Of a DNA stretch of 63,035 nucleotides, positions 1 to 11,194 are shown one piece after another. Made by a program: the position numbers and the translations under genes. Within the stretch, counting starts at the first letter, position 1, and every line of letters starts with the position of its first letter. Location: the NCBI GenBank assembly GCA_000708835.1, contig DF237474.1, positions 2,828 through 65,862 on the forward strand, in the 5' to 3' direction. The notes under the pieces are model-generated. The model searched no databases, was not told where the DNA came from, and was given only the letters and a program-made list of their open reading frames with translations. The stretch comes from Klebsormidium nitens. Its lineage: Eukaryota; Plantae; Klebsormidiophyceae.

Positions 1-999
1 AGATCCGAGGTTTACAAGCAAGTTATGGGTTGAGCTAGCTCGGCTGCTAGGACGCAGTTAAAGATGAGCACAGCATTCCACCCTCAGACAGATGGACAAC
101 CTGAGCGGGCTAACCGTATTCTGGAGGATTACTTGCGTCACTACATCAGTCCTCAACATGACGATTGGGATGAGTGGCTTTATCTTGCAGAGTTTAGTAT
201 GAACAATGCTTGGCAAAAGTCGGTTAAGGAAACCCCGTTTATGTTAAACACTGGTCAGCACCCACGTACACCTCTTGATGGGGGCAGGGAAACTCGGGTC
301 CCCCAGGTCACTCACTTTGTGCGTCAGATGGATATGAGTCTCGCGCGTGCGAAGCAAAGTATCTCATGGCGGCACAATCGCGTATGAAGTCTTTTGCTGA
401 TCAAAAGAGACGGGACGTCTCTCAGCCTTTCGCGAACTTAGGGGGAGAAAGTGCTCCTCTCAACGCAAAATATTAAACTCGCCAATCCAGGGACTCGCAA
501 GCTTCTGCCCAAGTGGGTAGGACCGTTCGAAGTGATCGAACCGGTGGGCAAGGTCGCTTATAAGTTGAAGCTTCCACCAATTCTCAAGATGCATAATGTG
601 TTCACGTTAATCATGTGAAGCCCTACAGAAATGATGGCAGAGTGCAGCCGCCTCCGGCCACCACCGGCCCATCGAAATCGATGTCTAGCTCATTGGAGTA
701 TGAGGTCGAAAGAGTACTCGATAATCGCACGGTTAAACGCGGAAAAAGCACCAAGACAGAGTACCTGGTCAAATGGTTAGCTAGGGTATGGGCCCGAGCA
801 CAATACTTGGGAACCAGAGAAGAACCTTACTAACTGTAAGGATATTCTCGAAGAGTATTGGGTTTATGTGGGTAAGTTTTGGAAAGGTGTACCCGAGCCC
901 GCAAAAGCTCAGGTGAAGCCTCCTAAGGCTAATAAGCCGAAGCAGAAGGCTGTCACCAGGTCAGTTCGTAAAGCTGCTAAGAGAGCGCAAACGACATGA
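1..999 (+). pseudogene. pol: E1: 3' part of a Ty3/gypsy chromovirus pol (integrase core end, GPY/F region, chromodomain), frameshifted
   Basis: STAFHPQTDGQPERANRILEDYLRHY...DDWDEWL (integrase E region); LLPKWVGPFEV near 500-540; EYEVERVLDNRTVKRGKSTKTEYLVKWL followed, after a frameshift, by GYGPEHNTWEPEENL (chromodomain). No LTR could be assigned. Confidence 0.9.
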
Positions 1000-3166
1000 G
1001 AGTTTTCGTAAACCAACGCTCAACTGTTTTCTGACAGAATTATTGTTCAAACTTAGTTTTGCAGACTCTGTGACTACGAAGTTTGCGCGGCCGCGTCTGT
1101 CGTTCCGCCGACCTTCTACGAGCTGCCTACCACCGTTGATCTGCCACGTGTCATGATCAGGTGGGCTTCTCTACTGTGTTCTTAGACCCACAGTGTCATA
1201 GAAGTCAGGAAGTAATTTTTATATTTTTGCACTGGTGCTTCGTGGTCAGCACGGGCAAAGAAGATAATTGGCACTGGCAACTTGAAGTTGCTAGCCACCA
1301 CTCGCACTCCCAAGCGGGACGATCTGAGCCCGATTCCTTTTTGAATGGAAAGTAAGCGGAACCCAGACGAAACCGTCAATTTTCCGACGGTCGAAATCCA
1401 AGTTGACCCACAAAACTTCTCGATGAAGTTGCCCGTCTTTAAATACAAGGAATTAAGGGGTTGAGGATCAACTAGGATGTTGGTCAGTATCTGTGACCTA
1501 GCGGGTTATCAAGCACAGCAGGACGAGCTTCCGGACTTCCAGGGAACTGATCCGTTCGTAAGTCGGGGGGTAAATCCTTCGGGAGACCGACCTGCGTTGG
1601 GTAACCTCCTTCGCAATCGCAGAGCGCTCACTCAGAAGACATTGCGTCACCATCCCGTAACGGATTTCCGGCAACGCCGCGAACAGCCAGGCCCAGATTA
1701 CCGGGTTCGAACCCCGGAGCATTCCATTTTGCTCCCGTGCGCATGTGCGTTCGTCAAGAAGTGCATGCATGGTTGTTGTAACAGAGTCTGTGATCAGCTG
1801 AGCAGCGTTGATTCCAAGTTATAAATTTAAGCTTGATTAGCCTCGACGTAGGACTACGTTTCCTGGGAGTGTGGCTCAAAAGCCACGTCTTCTCGGGACT
1901 CCGTCCTACGCTTTTGCTGATGTTCATAGATCATGGAATATAAGTTTATTTCAAAGAAGACATTACTGAAGGCGGGTTTACGCAGTGCAGGCTGGGTAGC
2001 ACGCTCAGCATTGACACTCTCCGTACCGCCTTTTTACTGACGTTGTCAGGGAATTTTCAATAAAGGTTTAATTTGGAACTCCCAGGCAGAGCTAGTGCAT
2101 CGAGGATATAATGGTATACTACCACATATCCGGGCTTTAAGGCTTTAAGGTTAAGGCCGATGCTCAGCTCTTTTGTCAAGTGACAGCTAACGTGCGGCTT
2201 ATAAGTTTGTTCTAACGAGAGAATTGTAACGAAGGCTTTACCCGTGACGGAGCGGATGAGCGGTACGGTCTGCTCATCACGCTTGCGTCATCGACCCTTC
2301 CTTTTGCAGACATCATAAGTTTGTTATGTCTGACTGTTATGTATTATTTCTATGTGACCAACTAAGTTAAAAATTGGGTTGCACATCCAAATGATACGTC
2401 TGCAGGCTGATGTTGCACAGGTTTGCTGAACGCAGCGTGATTTCATCGGTTGCCAATGCGGCAAAGTTTGATTCTGTGCGGCATCAACTTTTTGCCGTCG
2501 ATAGAACTTTTGGTTCCGCGATGTAAAATCTGCGTCGCTCGATACGCGTCGCGCGGAACCGGAATTTGACCGGCGGTCACTGTCCCCGTACGATCGGACC
2601 CACATAAATTATATCCACTGGTTCTAGTGTTTACAAGGTTAAATTTACCGACTTGTTTCATGGTACAGGGTGACCAGAAGCAAGCCCGGTGCTGAGTGAT
2701 GGGCTAGGCAGATTGCTACAGCCCTCACTCAACGCCGGGCCCCGCCTCTCATTGACTTGTACCTTTTGCAGCTCTCCGGAGTTTCGCTCTTAAGGGGGGA
2801 GGATTGAAACGGCGCTAGCTTTCCAAGCCTCCGCGGGGATCCCCCGGTAGCTAAGCGCGTGCGGGTCACGCGGACTTGTGTCATTAACGCGCAGTTAAAC
2901 CCCGAGCCAGTTCCGCCGTCGGATGGCCGGATCCGGTTGAATTCAAAACGGCATACTGTTTGAGTAAATGCGTGTGCACGTACTGCAAGTCTGCAACTCA
3001 TAATATCATATACATGAGAATATGCATGCAACTCCCAAGGGGGAGCAGGAATGAGACATGTAGTAGTCTCTGGATTCCACCAAAGGTGTAACCTTTACAC
3101 AACCTTCTCTACGAGAAATTTATCACCAGGCGCCTTCGCGCCTCTCCCGGGCTCACCAGGAGTAAG

Positions 3167-3175
3167 TGTTACCTT
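3167..3175 (-). repeat. E2 terminal segment A2 (AAGGTAACA), second copy of 3975-3983
   Basis: Plus-strand tgttacctt occurs at both 3167-3175 and 3975-3983 and supplies the terminal CA. Confidence 0.7.
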
Positions 3176-3972
3176 AGAAATCGCCTTGCTCCAAGACCTG
3201 CTATCTGTGTACGGACTGACAGCCTGAGGGCATGCAAGTCAACGCACGTATGGCAATAAGTACAGATTAGGTCGGAGTCACGTAGGTCAAGATAGCATGC
3301 AGTACAGTAATATGCAATACAGGTCAGCGTAATATATGATGCACTCGAGTCGGTATGGAAACAGAGCACAAAACATACAATAGCACAGGCAATAAAACAA
3401 CAATGGCTGCCGCGGTGGCGGAACAAGCAAAGGCAATGGGAGGGCAAACAAACACTTGGGGTTCCAAGTGGATCCCGTTCTCTTTTGGCGTTGAGAAGGA
3501 ATGACTTTACAAATCAGAATCCTTCTCTTTATTCCTGATTGTCTCTAGCCTATAGGCTGTCAGCGACACGGTCGGCCTCTCCACGCAATGGGAATCGGCA
3601 CGCTGGCAACTGACAGCCTTCACTAAAATATCTAGGCCGCTACTTCAGAATTGGTTTTGAATGCTACGGCCGTCTTCACTTATGCAATGAACTTATTTTT
3701 GTTTTTTCCCTATGCAACTTCCTTGCATCCTCCTCGCTTCCCGAATCTTCTACCCGGCATGCCACGTGTCCTCCTATAATTGGACGGCTATAAGCCGCCA
3801 ACTTCAGCCGCACGTTTGTTCATGTTCACACTTGATTGGGGTGTTGCCACCAATGATTGGTTCCGGTTCGCAGAGGTTTACAGGGTTTGGGATGGGTTGG
3901 TCGCGCGCATGCGCCCGCAGTGCTCTGGGTAGGCTAGTGAGTCTGTGAGGTTAGTAAGGTTTTGAGGTAATA
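3176..3972 (-). repeat. E2 LTR segment B2 (3' copy)
   Basis: Aligns end to end with 13743-14534 (roughly mid-90s % identity by eye, with small indels). Begins TATTAC versus TGTTAC in the 5' copy. Confidence 0.9.
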
Positions 3973-3974
3973 TC

Positions 3975-3983
3975 TGTTACCTT
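3975..3983 (-). repeat. E2 segment A1 (AAGGTAACA), separated from B2 by a 2-nt spacer GA
   Basis: Minus strand reads ...GGGGCA-AAGGTAACA-GA-TATTACCTC. The upstream purine tract is weak. Confidence 0.65.
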
Positions 3984-4363
3984 TGCCCCGGCGGACAAAA
4001 ATGCACGTCCTCGTGCATTAAGGAGGTAGATAGGGTCTTCCGTTCGGTGGTTGTACAGTGATACGGGTAATCAGTGCGACTGGGTCTGGCCGGTAGGTAC
4101 TATAGTATAGTTCGAGTGGGATAATCTGGGTGACGGAGATCATATCTCCGTTGTCAGTTGAGTTGGTTTCTCTGGTGACAATTACCAGATTGTGGGTGTA
4201 GTCAAATCGGTGTAACTCGTGAAGCCAGGTGGGTCGGAAAGGTGGGTATGAGATGCTGGATCGATGGGCTGATTGCGCGGGCAACTTGGCTTGCTTGGAC
4301 AGGGACAATAGTTGTTGGGGGAACAAATATGTTGGCGATCGTGTAGGGTAAGACTAGGTCGCC

Positions 4364-6277
4364 TCATTGGACAGGGCTGAATGGGGAGTTCGGTATGAAG
4401 AACTGGGTTGCGGAAGGAGCAATCGGTACTGCGGTATTTAGAGGAACGGCTTGTTCCATTGGTACGTCCTGGGTCGGGGTTTGTGTAGTTGGTACGGTGG
4501 GTGTCAGAAGGGGCTGAGTTGGAGTGTTCAGACTTGCTGGTGGATCGGTTTGAGTCGGTGGATACGGGTTTGGGTTAAGCGCTGGGTTAGGTGGTAGGTT
4601 AGCTGGTTGAATTGGAAGTGGGTTGACTTGTGGGTTCGATGCGGAGTTAGGTCCTGGTACGGGACGGACGGGCGGAGGAGCCATAGGTAGAGTGGGTCCG
4701 GTGGGTAAGGAAGCAGGTAGGTGAGGTACGGTGAGTTTGGATCGAGGGGTCGGAGAGGTCGGTTGAGGGTTCGAGGTTGAGTTTTTGTTAGGTTTGGTGT
4801 CTCTCACTCCGGGATATTTGGGTGGTGGATTGATGTATTTACCAAAGAGGCGCTCGGCGGTTGCCCAGTAGTTTACGAGTGTGTCTCTAACGGCTTGGTC
4901 AACGCATGAGTTATTTGGGTCGGGTCGGTTGAGCCATCGGTGCAGTGGTGGGATGCCTTCCTCCTGGGCAATCTGATCTAATGTGGCGTTCAGGCTATTG
5001 AGGTTAGTGTTTTGGAAGCAGTGTGTTGCGTAGGCGGGTAGGTATTTTCCTAGGAAAGAGAAAGATTGAGCTGATTCTTGTAGGTGTGGGTCTGAGAGGA
5101 TCTCGTGAAGGAGACTAGTGAGTTTGTTGCGTTTGTCTGTATAATCGGGGTCTTTTGGGTCAAGGTATTTCGGGTTATCTCGGTAAGCGGCGATCGCCCA
5201 GAGCATGATAAACCAGTACTGCGGACGAAGAGCGTCCTCAAAGCGGTACCTGACGGTGTCTGGGTCGCCGGATTTGAGGGTGATTGGGGCGTTGGTCGGG
5301 TCCATGCGTCGGTTAAAGTGGGTCGGTCTGGATCCGCTTGGTCCTGTGGAAGAAGCATGCGAGATATGAAGTTTGGTCTCAGAAGTGCTTGGTAGCTTGC
5401 ATCTGATATTCCGCACTTGTTTCCGTTCTGCGGTAATTTGTATGTCGAGCAAAGTGAGTGGATCAGAAAGGGGCGGTTTTGTAAGTATGCAGAGTTCCCG
5501 GTTAAAGTTTAACACATCAGAATAAGTCTCTGTGAACCATGACGTTCCTGCTTGTTCCAATGGGAGATACTCACGCACGCGGGACAGAAAATTTAGTGGT
5601 TCTGTGTTGATCAGGTCGGCGAACAGGGTTTCCGGAAGTGTGTCGGTAGGATTGCCTTCAAAGTTAAGAGGAGACCACATGCCAGCTCTCCCCAAAGTTT
5701 CAAACCAGTCTGACAGTGATGCATCATTCAAGGGATACGACTGGAGGAAGGCACGGAGTTCAGGCCTCTCAAGAGCTTGATTTAGTTCGGCAAAAAACTC
5801 GGTGTGGAGTGGGTCGCCTGGTTCCTCTGATTTTAACAGGCTCATCGCCTTGATTCCGACTTCAAGAAATGAATACAAATCACGAATGGTGGGTTTTGTC
5901 TCCAAGTCCTGATCCAATGCGTAACTCCAGTATGTCTCGACAATGACAAGCTTGTCATAGAGCTTGACTTGTGGGTTCGAGAATACACGCGCTGCCAAGC
6001 AGAACGACTTGAACAGATTTACGACGACATGGTGTGACTGCGCAACACAAGAAAAATAAACCAGATCGTCTTTTCCGAGACGCAACAGAATTCGAAGCAA
6101 GGCCTTCTCTGGTAAGTTTGTAATGGGCGTAGATTCGTAGCAATCGGTTATGGGTGGCACCAGCGCGTAAGGATCGCCGAACAGCAAGTCCCCGCGGACC
6201 TTCTGCAAAAACGGTTCCGTGTACGGGGTTCGGATCGACGAGGCCATCGAGGTAGGTAATCTCTTTTGTGGATGCAT
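4364..6277 (-). CDS. E2 extra ORF (637 aa) downstream of integrase: F-box-like motif near the N-terminus, Pro-rich C-terminus
   Basis: Uninterrupted 637-codon ORF. ITNLPEKALLRILLRLGKDDLVYFSCVAQSHHVVV fits the F-box pattern LP-x6-I-x3-L-x3-DL-x5-V. Confidence 0.6.
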   Translation of the reverse strand: MHPQKRLPTSMASSIRTPYTEPFLQKVRGDLLFGDPYALVPPITDCYESTPITNLPEKALLRILLRLGKDDLVYFSCVAQSHHVVVNLFKSFCLAARVFSNPQVKLYDKLVIVETYWSYALDQDLETKPTIRDLYSFLEVGIKAMSLLKSEEPGDPLHTEFFAELNQALERPELRAFLQSYPLNDASLSDWFETLGRAGMWSPLNFEGNPTDTLPETLFADLINTEPLNFLSRVREYLPLEQAGTSWFTETYSDVLNFNRELCILTKPPLSDPLTLLDIQITAERKQVRNIRCKLPSTSETKLHISHASSTGPSGSRPTHFNRRMDPTNAPITLKSGDPDTVRYRFEDALRPQYWFIMLWAIAAYRDNPKYLDPKDPDYTDKRNKLTSLLHEILSDPHLQESAQSFSFLGKYLPAYATHCFQNTNLNSLNATLDQIAQEEGIPPLHRWLNRPDPNNSCVDQAVRDTLVNYWATAERLFGKYINPPPKYPGVRDTKPNKNSTSNPQPTSPTPRSKLTVPHLPASLPTGPTLPMAPPPVRPVPGPNSASNPQVNPLPIQPANLPPNPALNPNPYPPTQTDPPASLNTPTQPLLTPTVPTTQTPTQDVPMEQAVPLNTAVPIAPSATQFFIPNSPFSPVQ

Positions 6278-6301
6278 GCGTCAGTGGGGGCCCAGCACGG
6301 T

Positions 6302-7931
6302 TCAATACCTTACCTTTGGGTGCGGCTGGTGTTGTCTGGTCTTCGGTAAGTCGGGGCTGTCTTGCTGGCGGTGCTTTCGGATCAGCGTCCGCAGCGGCAG
6401 AGTCCGGAACAGTGACGTCAGCAGCAGGGTTGGAAGCAGCGTCGGGACGGTGACGGCAGCAGTGCGGTTGGCGGCAGTGTGCAGAACAGTGTTGGCAGCA
6501 ACGGTGTTGTCGGCAGCGTCCGGAGCAGTGACGTCAGCAGCGGCGTTGTTGGCAGCTTCCGGAACAGTGACATCAGCAGCGGCGAGGTTGGTCGGTTTGG
6601 GTGCGGTTGTGTTGCTTGGGTCAAGGATGTCGGTAGGTCCTGGGATTGGAGCAAAGTCGGGCAAGTCAGTCATGTTTTGATCAGCTGTAGTATAGGTCAG
6701 CAAAAGAGGGTCAGTTTCAGGGTTAACGTCGGTAGGTAACAGGTTTAGGTCAAAGCCACGTGGGTTCGGTGCATCGAGTATGGGTTGCGGGGCGTGACTT
6801 TGTGCTGGGAACCTGGAAGAAAGAGACAAGAACTCGGCTGCAAACTGGTCTCGTGAGTAATATTTAACAACTTCGACTCCGCGGCGCTTCCACTTCCGGC
6901 CTTGTGCATCCTGCAAAACAGCAACACGGTTGTCCCCGTGACCAGTCCAACCTTTAAATTTGTACGGCCCTTCCCAGTGCAACTTGAAACCTCGAATGGT
7001 GCCTGGCTTCTGCATCAAGGCAAAATCACCTTTGGTTAAGTTATCAATTCGCTTACGTTTCTATGCGTTCCACCGGGCGTAGTTCTCTTTCGCCTTGGTC
7101 TGAGCTGCTTCGATCTGAACTTTTTACTTGTTGCTGTATGGTTTTGATTGTTCCAAAACGGTGGATTTGATCATCAAGCGTTGGTTCAATTTGTTGGTCT
7201 AGCGGAGTCGGTTGAGCGGCGCCAAACAAGTGATGCGCCGGAATGATCGGTTTTCTGCCATACAGAGCAACGAAGGGGGAGGTCTTGATGCTCTCTGGAT
7301 AGGAGATGTTATACTGAAATATGATTCGCGAGATATGGTCTTCCCAGGTCGTCGGTTCTGCATCACAAAGAGTTCTGAGTTGCGACTTGACAACTGACAT
7401 GAGCCTTTCGACTTGACCGTTTGCCTTTGGATTTCGGGTGCGGATCTGGACATAATTCAAACCCTCCTTCTTAAGTTGTTCGGCAAACTCTTTGTTGAAC
7501 TCGGTCCCACGGTCGGTCACGATTTGAAACGGACAGCCGTGACGGAGCAAGACTTCGTCACGAAATACGTCAGCGACAGTTGCGGCTTTGTTGTCCCTGA
7601 GTCCACGTCCTGACAAGTGTTTGGTGACTGGGTCGATGGCAAGCATGACGTACTTAAGCTTTTGGGTACGAGAACGCTGAACAGGGCCAAGTAGATCAAC
7701 ATGCACGCGAAAGAATGGGTCTACTGGCGGAGTCGGGTAGATCTCACGGTCGGTTCTGCCGGCACGTCCGGCTTTCTCCTTTTGGCAAACATCACACGAA
7801 AGCAAAAACGCCCGGGTGACGACAGCAAGTTGGGGAAAATAGAAGACGCTCTCAACCAGTTGACGAAACTTCCCTTGGTCCTTTGGATAGTGAGCTCCGT
7901 TCTCGTGAATCTCTAGCAAAGCGGGTTGCAC
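6302..7931 (-). pseudogene. pol: E2 integrase (Zn-binding, rve core, GPY/F) plus Ala/Thr-rich repeat linker
   Basis: CDVCQKEK; RVHVDLLGP; IVTDRGTEF; NPKANGQVER; KLHWEGPYKF. Degenerate AAADVTVP repeats at ~6390-6600. Frameshifts present. Confidence 0.9.
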
Positions 7932-8458
7932 TTCGTTCTCCCATAAAACTTCAAAAGCTCAGATCCTTTCTTACGGTAAAGTACGTCATTCGAAAAGGTA
8001 AATTTGGTTTGTCTACGTTTAAAGTTCTGCCGTTGGTTGCATTAGTGACGTCACTTGGGTACTTTTGTTCCTTGAAAAAGTCAACGAGTGAATGCAGGAA
8101 ACGGTATTGGTCGCCTCGGATTGCTTTCAAGGCATCTACTGAGTACTTGTAGGTCTTTTTAGAAGATGAGCTTGGGTTACACGGGGGCTGTGGCAACGCA
8201 AGCTCTAAGTTGGGTGGTTCCTCACCAAGGGCGGCACCAGAAGTGGGTACAAGTTGGTCGTGCTTGCGTTTTCCGGTCGGTCGTGCGGAGTTCTGGACGT
8301 CCTCCGGTTGGGTCGGTTGTGACGTAGGTGTAACTCCAAGGGCGTGGGTCAGGTCCAAGGTAGTCGGGCTGCGGGAAAGAGCAAACATGGTTTGATATCA
8401 AGGCAGAAAAGCATACAAGGCAAAAGGAGAAGTAAGAATCGGTTAACTGGGTTTCAAG

Positions 8459-9898
8459 TTAGTCGCCTTCTTTCATGTCCGATCGGTCTAAATGTTCAGC
8501 AACTGCACGAGAAAGAGCGTCAGCGTTGCGATGTTTGAGTCCTTCCCTGTGACGGAATTCATTATTGAATTCCGCTTCGATCAGATACAACCACCGCGCC
8601 AATTTTCCTGTTTGAGGGGCAAGAGATCGGAGGTAGAGGAGAGCTTTGTGATGTCCGCACAATAAACTTCGGTCGTCCCCTGAGGAAAACAGAAAAATGT
8701 TTCAAGCCGAAGACGAGAGCAGCCAGCTCTCCTTGGGTCGGTGCCAGACGGCGCTCGGTTTTGGAAAGAGTCCGCGACGCATAACCTATGACTCGCTCCC
8801 TTTTATGCCCCGGTTCAATCTGCCCTAGAATCGCAGAGATCGCATGCTTTTCATAGTCGGTATCTATAGAACAAGTTGGCAATCAGGATTGTATGACGTA
8901 AGCACCGGTTCGGAACAGAGGCAATCTTTCAAGAACTCAAAGGAACGCTGACAGGCTTCAGTCCAATCAAAGTCTGCATCCTTTGCTAGCAATTGAGACA
9001 TGGGTCGGGCGATATGCGAAAACTTGGGTATGAAACATCGGTAGTACTGCATCAAACCGAGCACGGACTGCAATTGCTTCACGTTAGTAGGTGGTTTAAG
9101 GTTCCGAATAGCTGTGACGTTCTTCTCGGATGGTTTGATACTGCCCTGTGAGATGACATGCCCAAGGAATTCCACTTCTTCGACTCCAATCACACATTTC
9201 TTGGGACTGAGTTTCATTCCGGCCCAAGCAAGTCGCTCCAAAACTCGGTCAAGTCGGTCAGCCAGGTCTCGAATAGAGTCAGCACCAAGACACAAATCGT
9301 CAATGAAAACTTCAAGCCATTGAAACTCGTGAAGCGGGAAAACAATTTGCTGCAGACGGGTAAATGTTGCGGGGGCGTTTTTCAGTCCCATAGGCATTAC
9401 AAGCCACTCGAACAGACCAATGTTTCGAAGACAAAAAGCTCTGTAAGGTCGGTGCTCCGGTTTGACAGGGACGTTATAAAAACCGCTTGTGACGTCCATT
9501 GTAGCAAAGTACTTGAAGCGGGCAATTTTCTGTTGTAGGTCGGACATAAAAGGCAAGGGCATGGACCAGGGTCGGGTCACGGAATTCAGTTTCCTGAAGT
9601 CGATTAGAAGACGCCACAGTCCTGGTTGCTTGGGTTTGGGTTTCAAAAACGCCGGAGAGCTCCATGGTGATTTACTCGGTTGAATCTGACCTTCTTTGAC
9701 CAACTGCTGTATATACTCTACGGCTGCGCTTTGCTCGGCAAAAGACAGCTTGTATGGTTTGATTTTGAACGGCTTAGTGTCGGTCAGGTCAATTCTCGTG
9801 TTCAATGAGTGTAGTATAACCGATGTCCCCTTTGTGACGGCTGAACCTACTAATGCGTCTCTTGATGACGTCAACAAGTACGTTTCGATCTTGTTCAC
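8459..9898 (-). pseudogene. pol: E2 reverse transcriptase and RNase H
   Basis: WRLLIDFRKLN; FATMDVTSGFYNV; MPMGLKNAPATF; VFIDD; FLGHVI. RNase H: IDTDYEKHAISAILGQ, ELAALVFGLKHF, KHRNADALSR. Confidence 0.95.
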
Positions 9899-10261
9899 TT
9901 AGGGTCTGACCAAAGGTGATTTCCGAAACAATCTTCTCGGCATCCTCTTCAGTATAATCGATATTTTTAAGTGCTTCGACTGAGTACAACTCTTGAGTAG
10001 AATCAAAACACACTTCCATCTCAACACGGCAAAGCTCGGGAGGTGGGTCCGTGCTGTTAGGTGGGTAAATCCAAATCAGCTCCGTAAATTCAGGGTCAGA
10101 GACGGCGCGGCAAACATGCTTTAGAATCTTTTTTAAGCGACCATTCTTAACCCGGTTCGATTTAGCCCAGCGCTGCATACAAGTCAAATCTGTGTTCTTC
10201 CGAATTTTGATACCCTTGATAACCAAACCCGGAGAAGCCTTAGGGCACTCACACGAATCAG

Positions 10262-11194
10262 TCACACAGACTCCTCCAGGGTACACTCGTTTTTTGGATC
10301 CACAGTCAAAGAGAAGTCAGGGGGCGTCTCCCCAATACCAAACCAGCCCCCTTCGATCGCTCCGACTAGGTCGGTTATGCAGTAACTGGGTTTATCGTGC
10401 GGGTCATCACGCTCGTGATCCAAGACAAACGGGACGCGTACGACTGTGTTTCCGTAGTGCAGGTGAAGTTCGTTTTTGGTCCGCAGAATATCTCCCTTCA
10501 AAGGGCCAAGAATGTCGTTTGCAAGCAGAACGTTGTAAGAACACTGTTCAGGCATCACAATCATTGTGGTTCGGATGGTTAGCGGACCGAGGGTTAGCTT
10601 AACCCGGACTTTGCCCTCGGCCGGACACAACTCTCCAGACGAAGTTTTGTAGTGCACTAAAGTCTTCTTGATGCGGTCTAGAATGCCTGCTTCCCTACAA
10701 ATAGCTTTTGAAATGCCAGAAACTTTTGAAATGCCAGAAAACATTGCACCACTGTCCACACAAATACGTCGCTCGGTCAGTCGTTCAATCGTACCCCGAA
10801 TCTTGGTGCGGAGAGGGGTCGGTTGCGTTGGTTCGGTCCGTGGGTCGAGGGAGCACTGGAGCAAGTTGGTCTCCCATGCCCTGGCTGGTTGATTGGGTGG
10901 TGCGTTCGACTGCTGGGTACCTGCGGATTGATAAGTAGGTCGGGTTTGAGTGTTGGTGCCAGAAGAAGCACCAGGTCTGCGAGCTTTTCGTGAGACATGG
11001 TCAAACAGGTGGTCCACGTAACGGTGCACTTCGGTGCGGAAGTGTTTAAAGTCCCGGTGGGTCACGAGTTGGTCCTGGATGGGAGCAAAGATTGCACGAA
11101 TAACAGAACGGTTTTGGTCAGCAAGTGCAGCTCGGTTTCGTTCCCTAGTTTGTCTTTGCTGGGCCTTCTGGTCCTCGGTCAGGGGCTTCTGCAC
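10262..11194 (-). pseudogene. pol: E2 aspartic protease region
   Basis: RRICVDSGAMFSGI active site; YNVLLANDIL C-terminal motif; 18-bp tandem duplication at 10705-10740. Confidence 0.85.

Noticed and set aside
1161-3031. Short ORFs of 60-115 aa downstream of E1
   Set aside because: No motifs and overlapping on both strands, consistent with chance.
2792-3166. AAGGGGGGAGGA as the E1 PPT, with its 3' LTR interrupted by E2
   Set aside because: No second LTR copy, terminal motif or TSD is available in the window to support it.
4364-6277. env gene call for the E2 extra ORF
   Set aside because: No signal peptide and only one short hydrophobic run (YWFIMLWAIAAY). Kept only as an alternative to the F-box reading.
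6390-6600. CRISPR-like or non-coding repeat array
   Set aside because: These are degenerate coding repeats (AAADVTVP) with no constant repeat and unique spacer structure, in a eukaryotic context.
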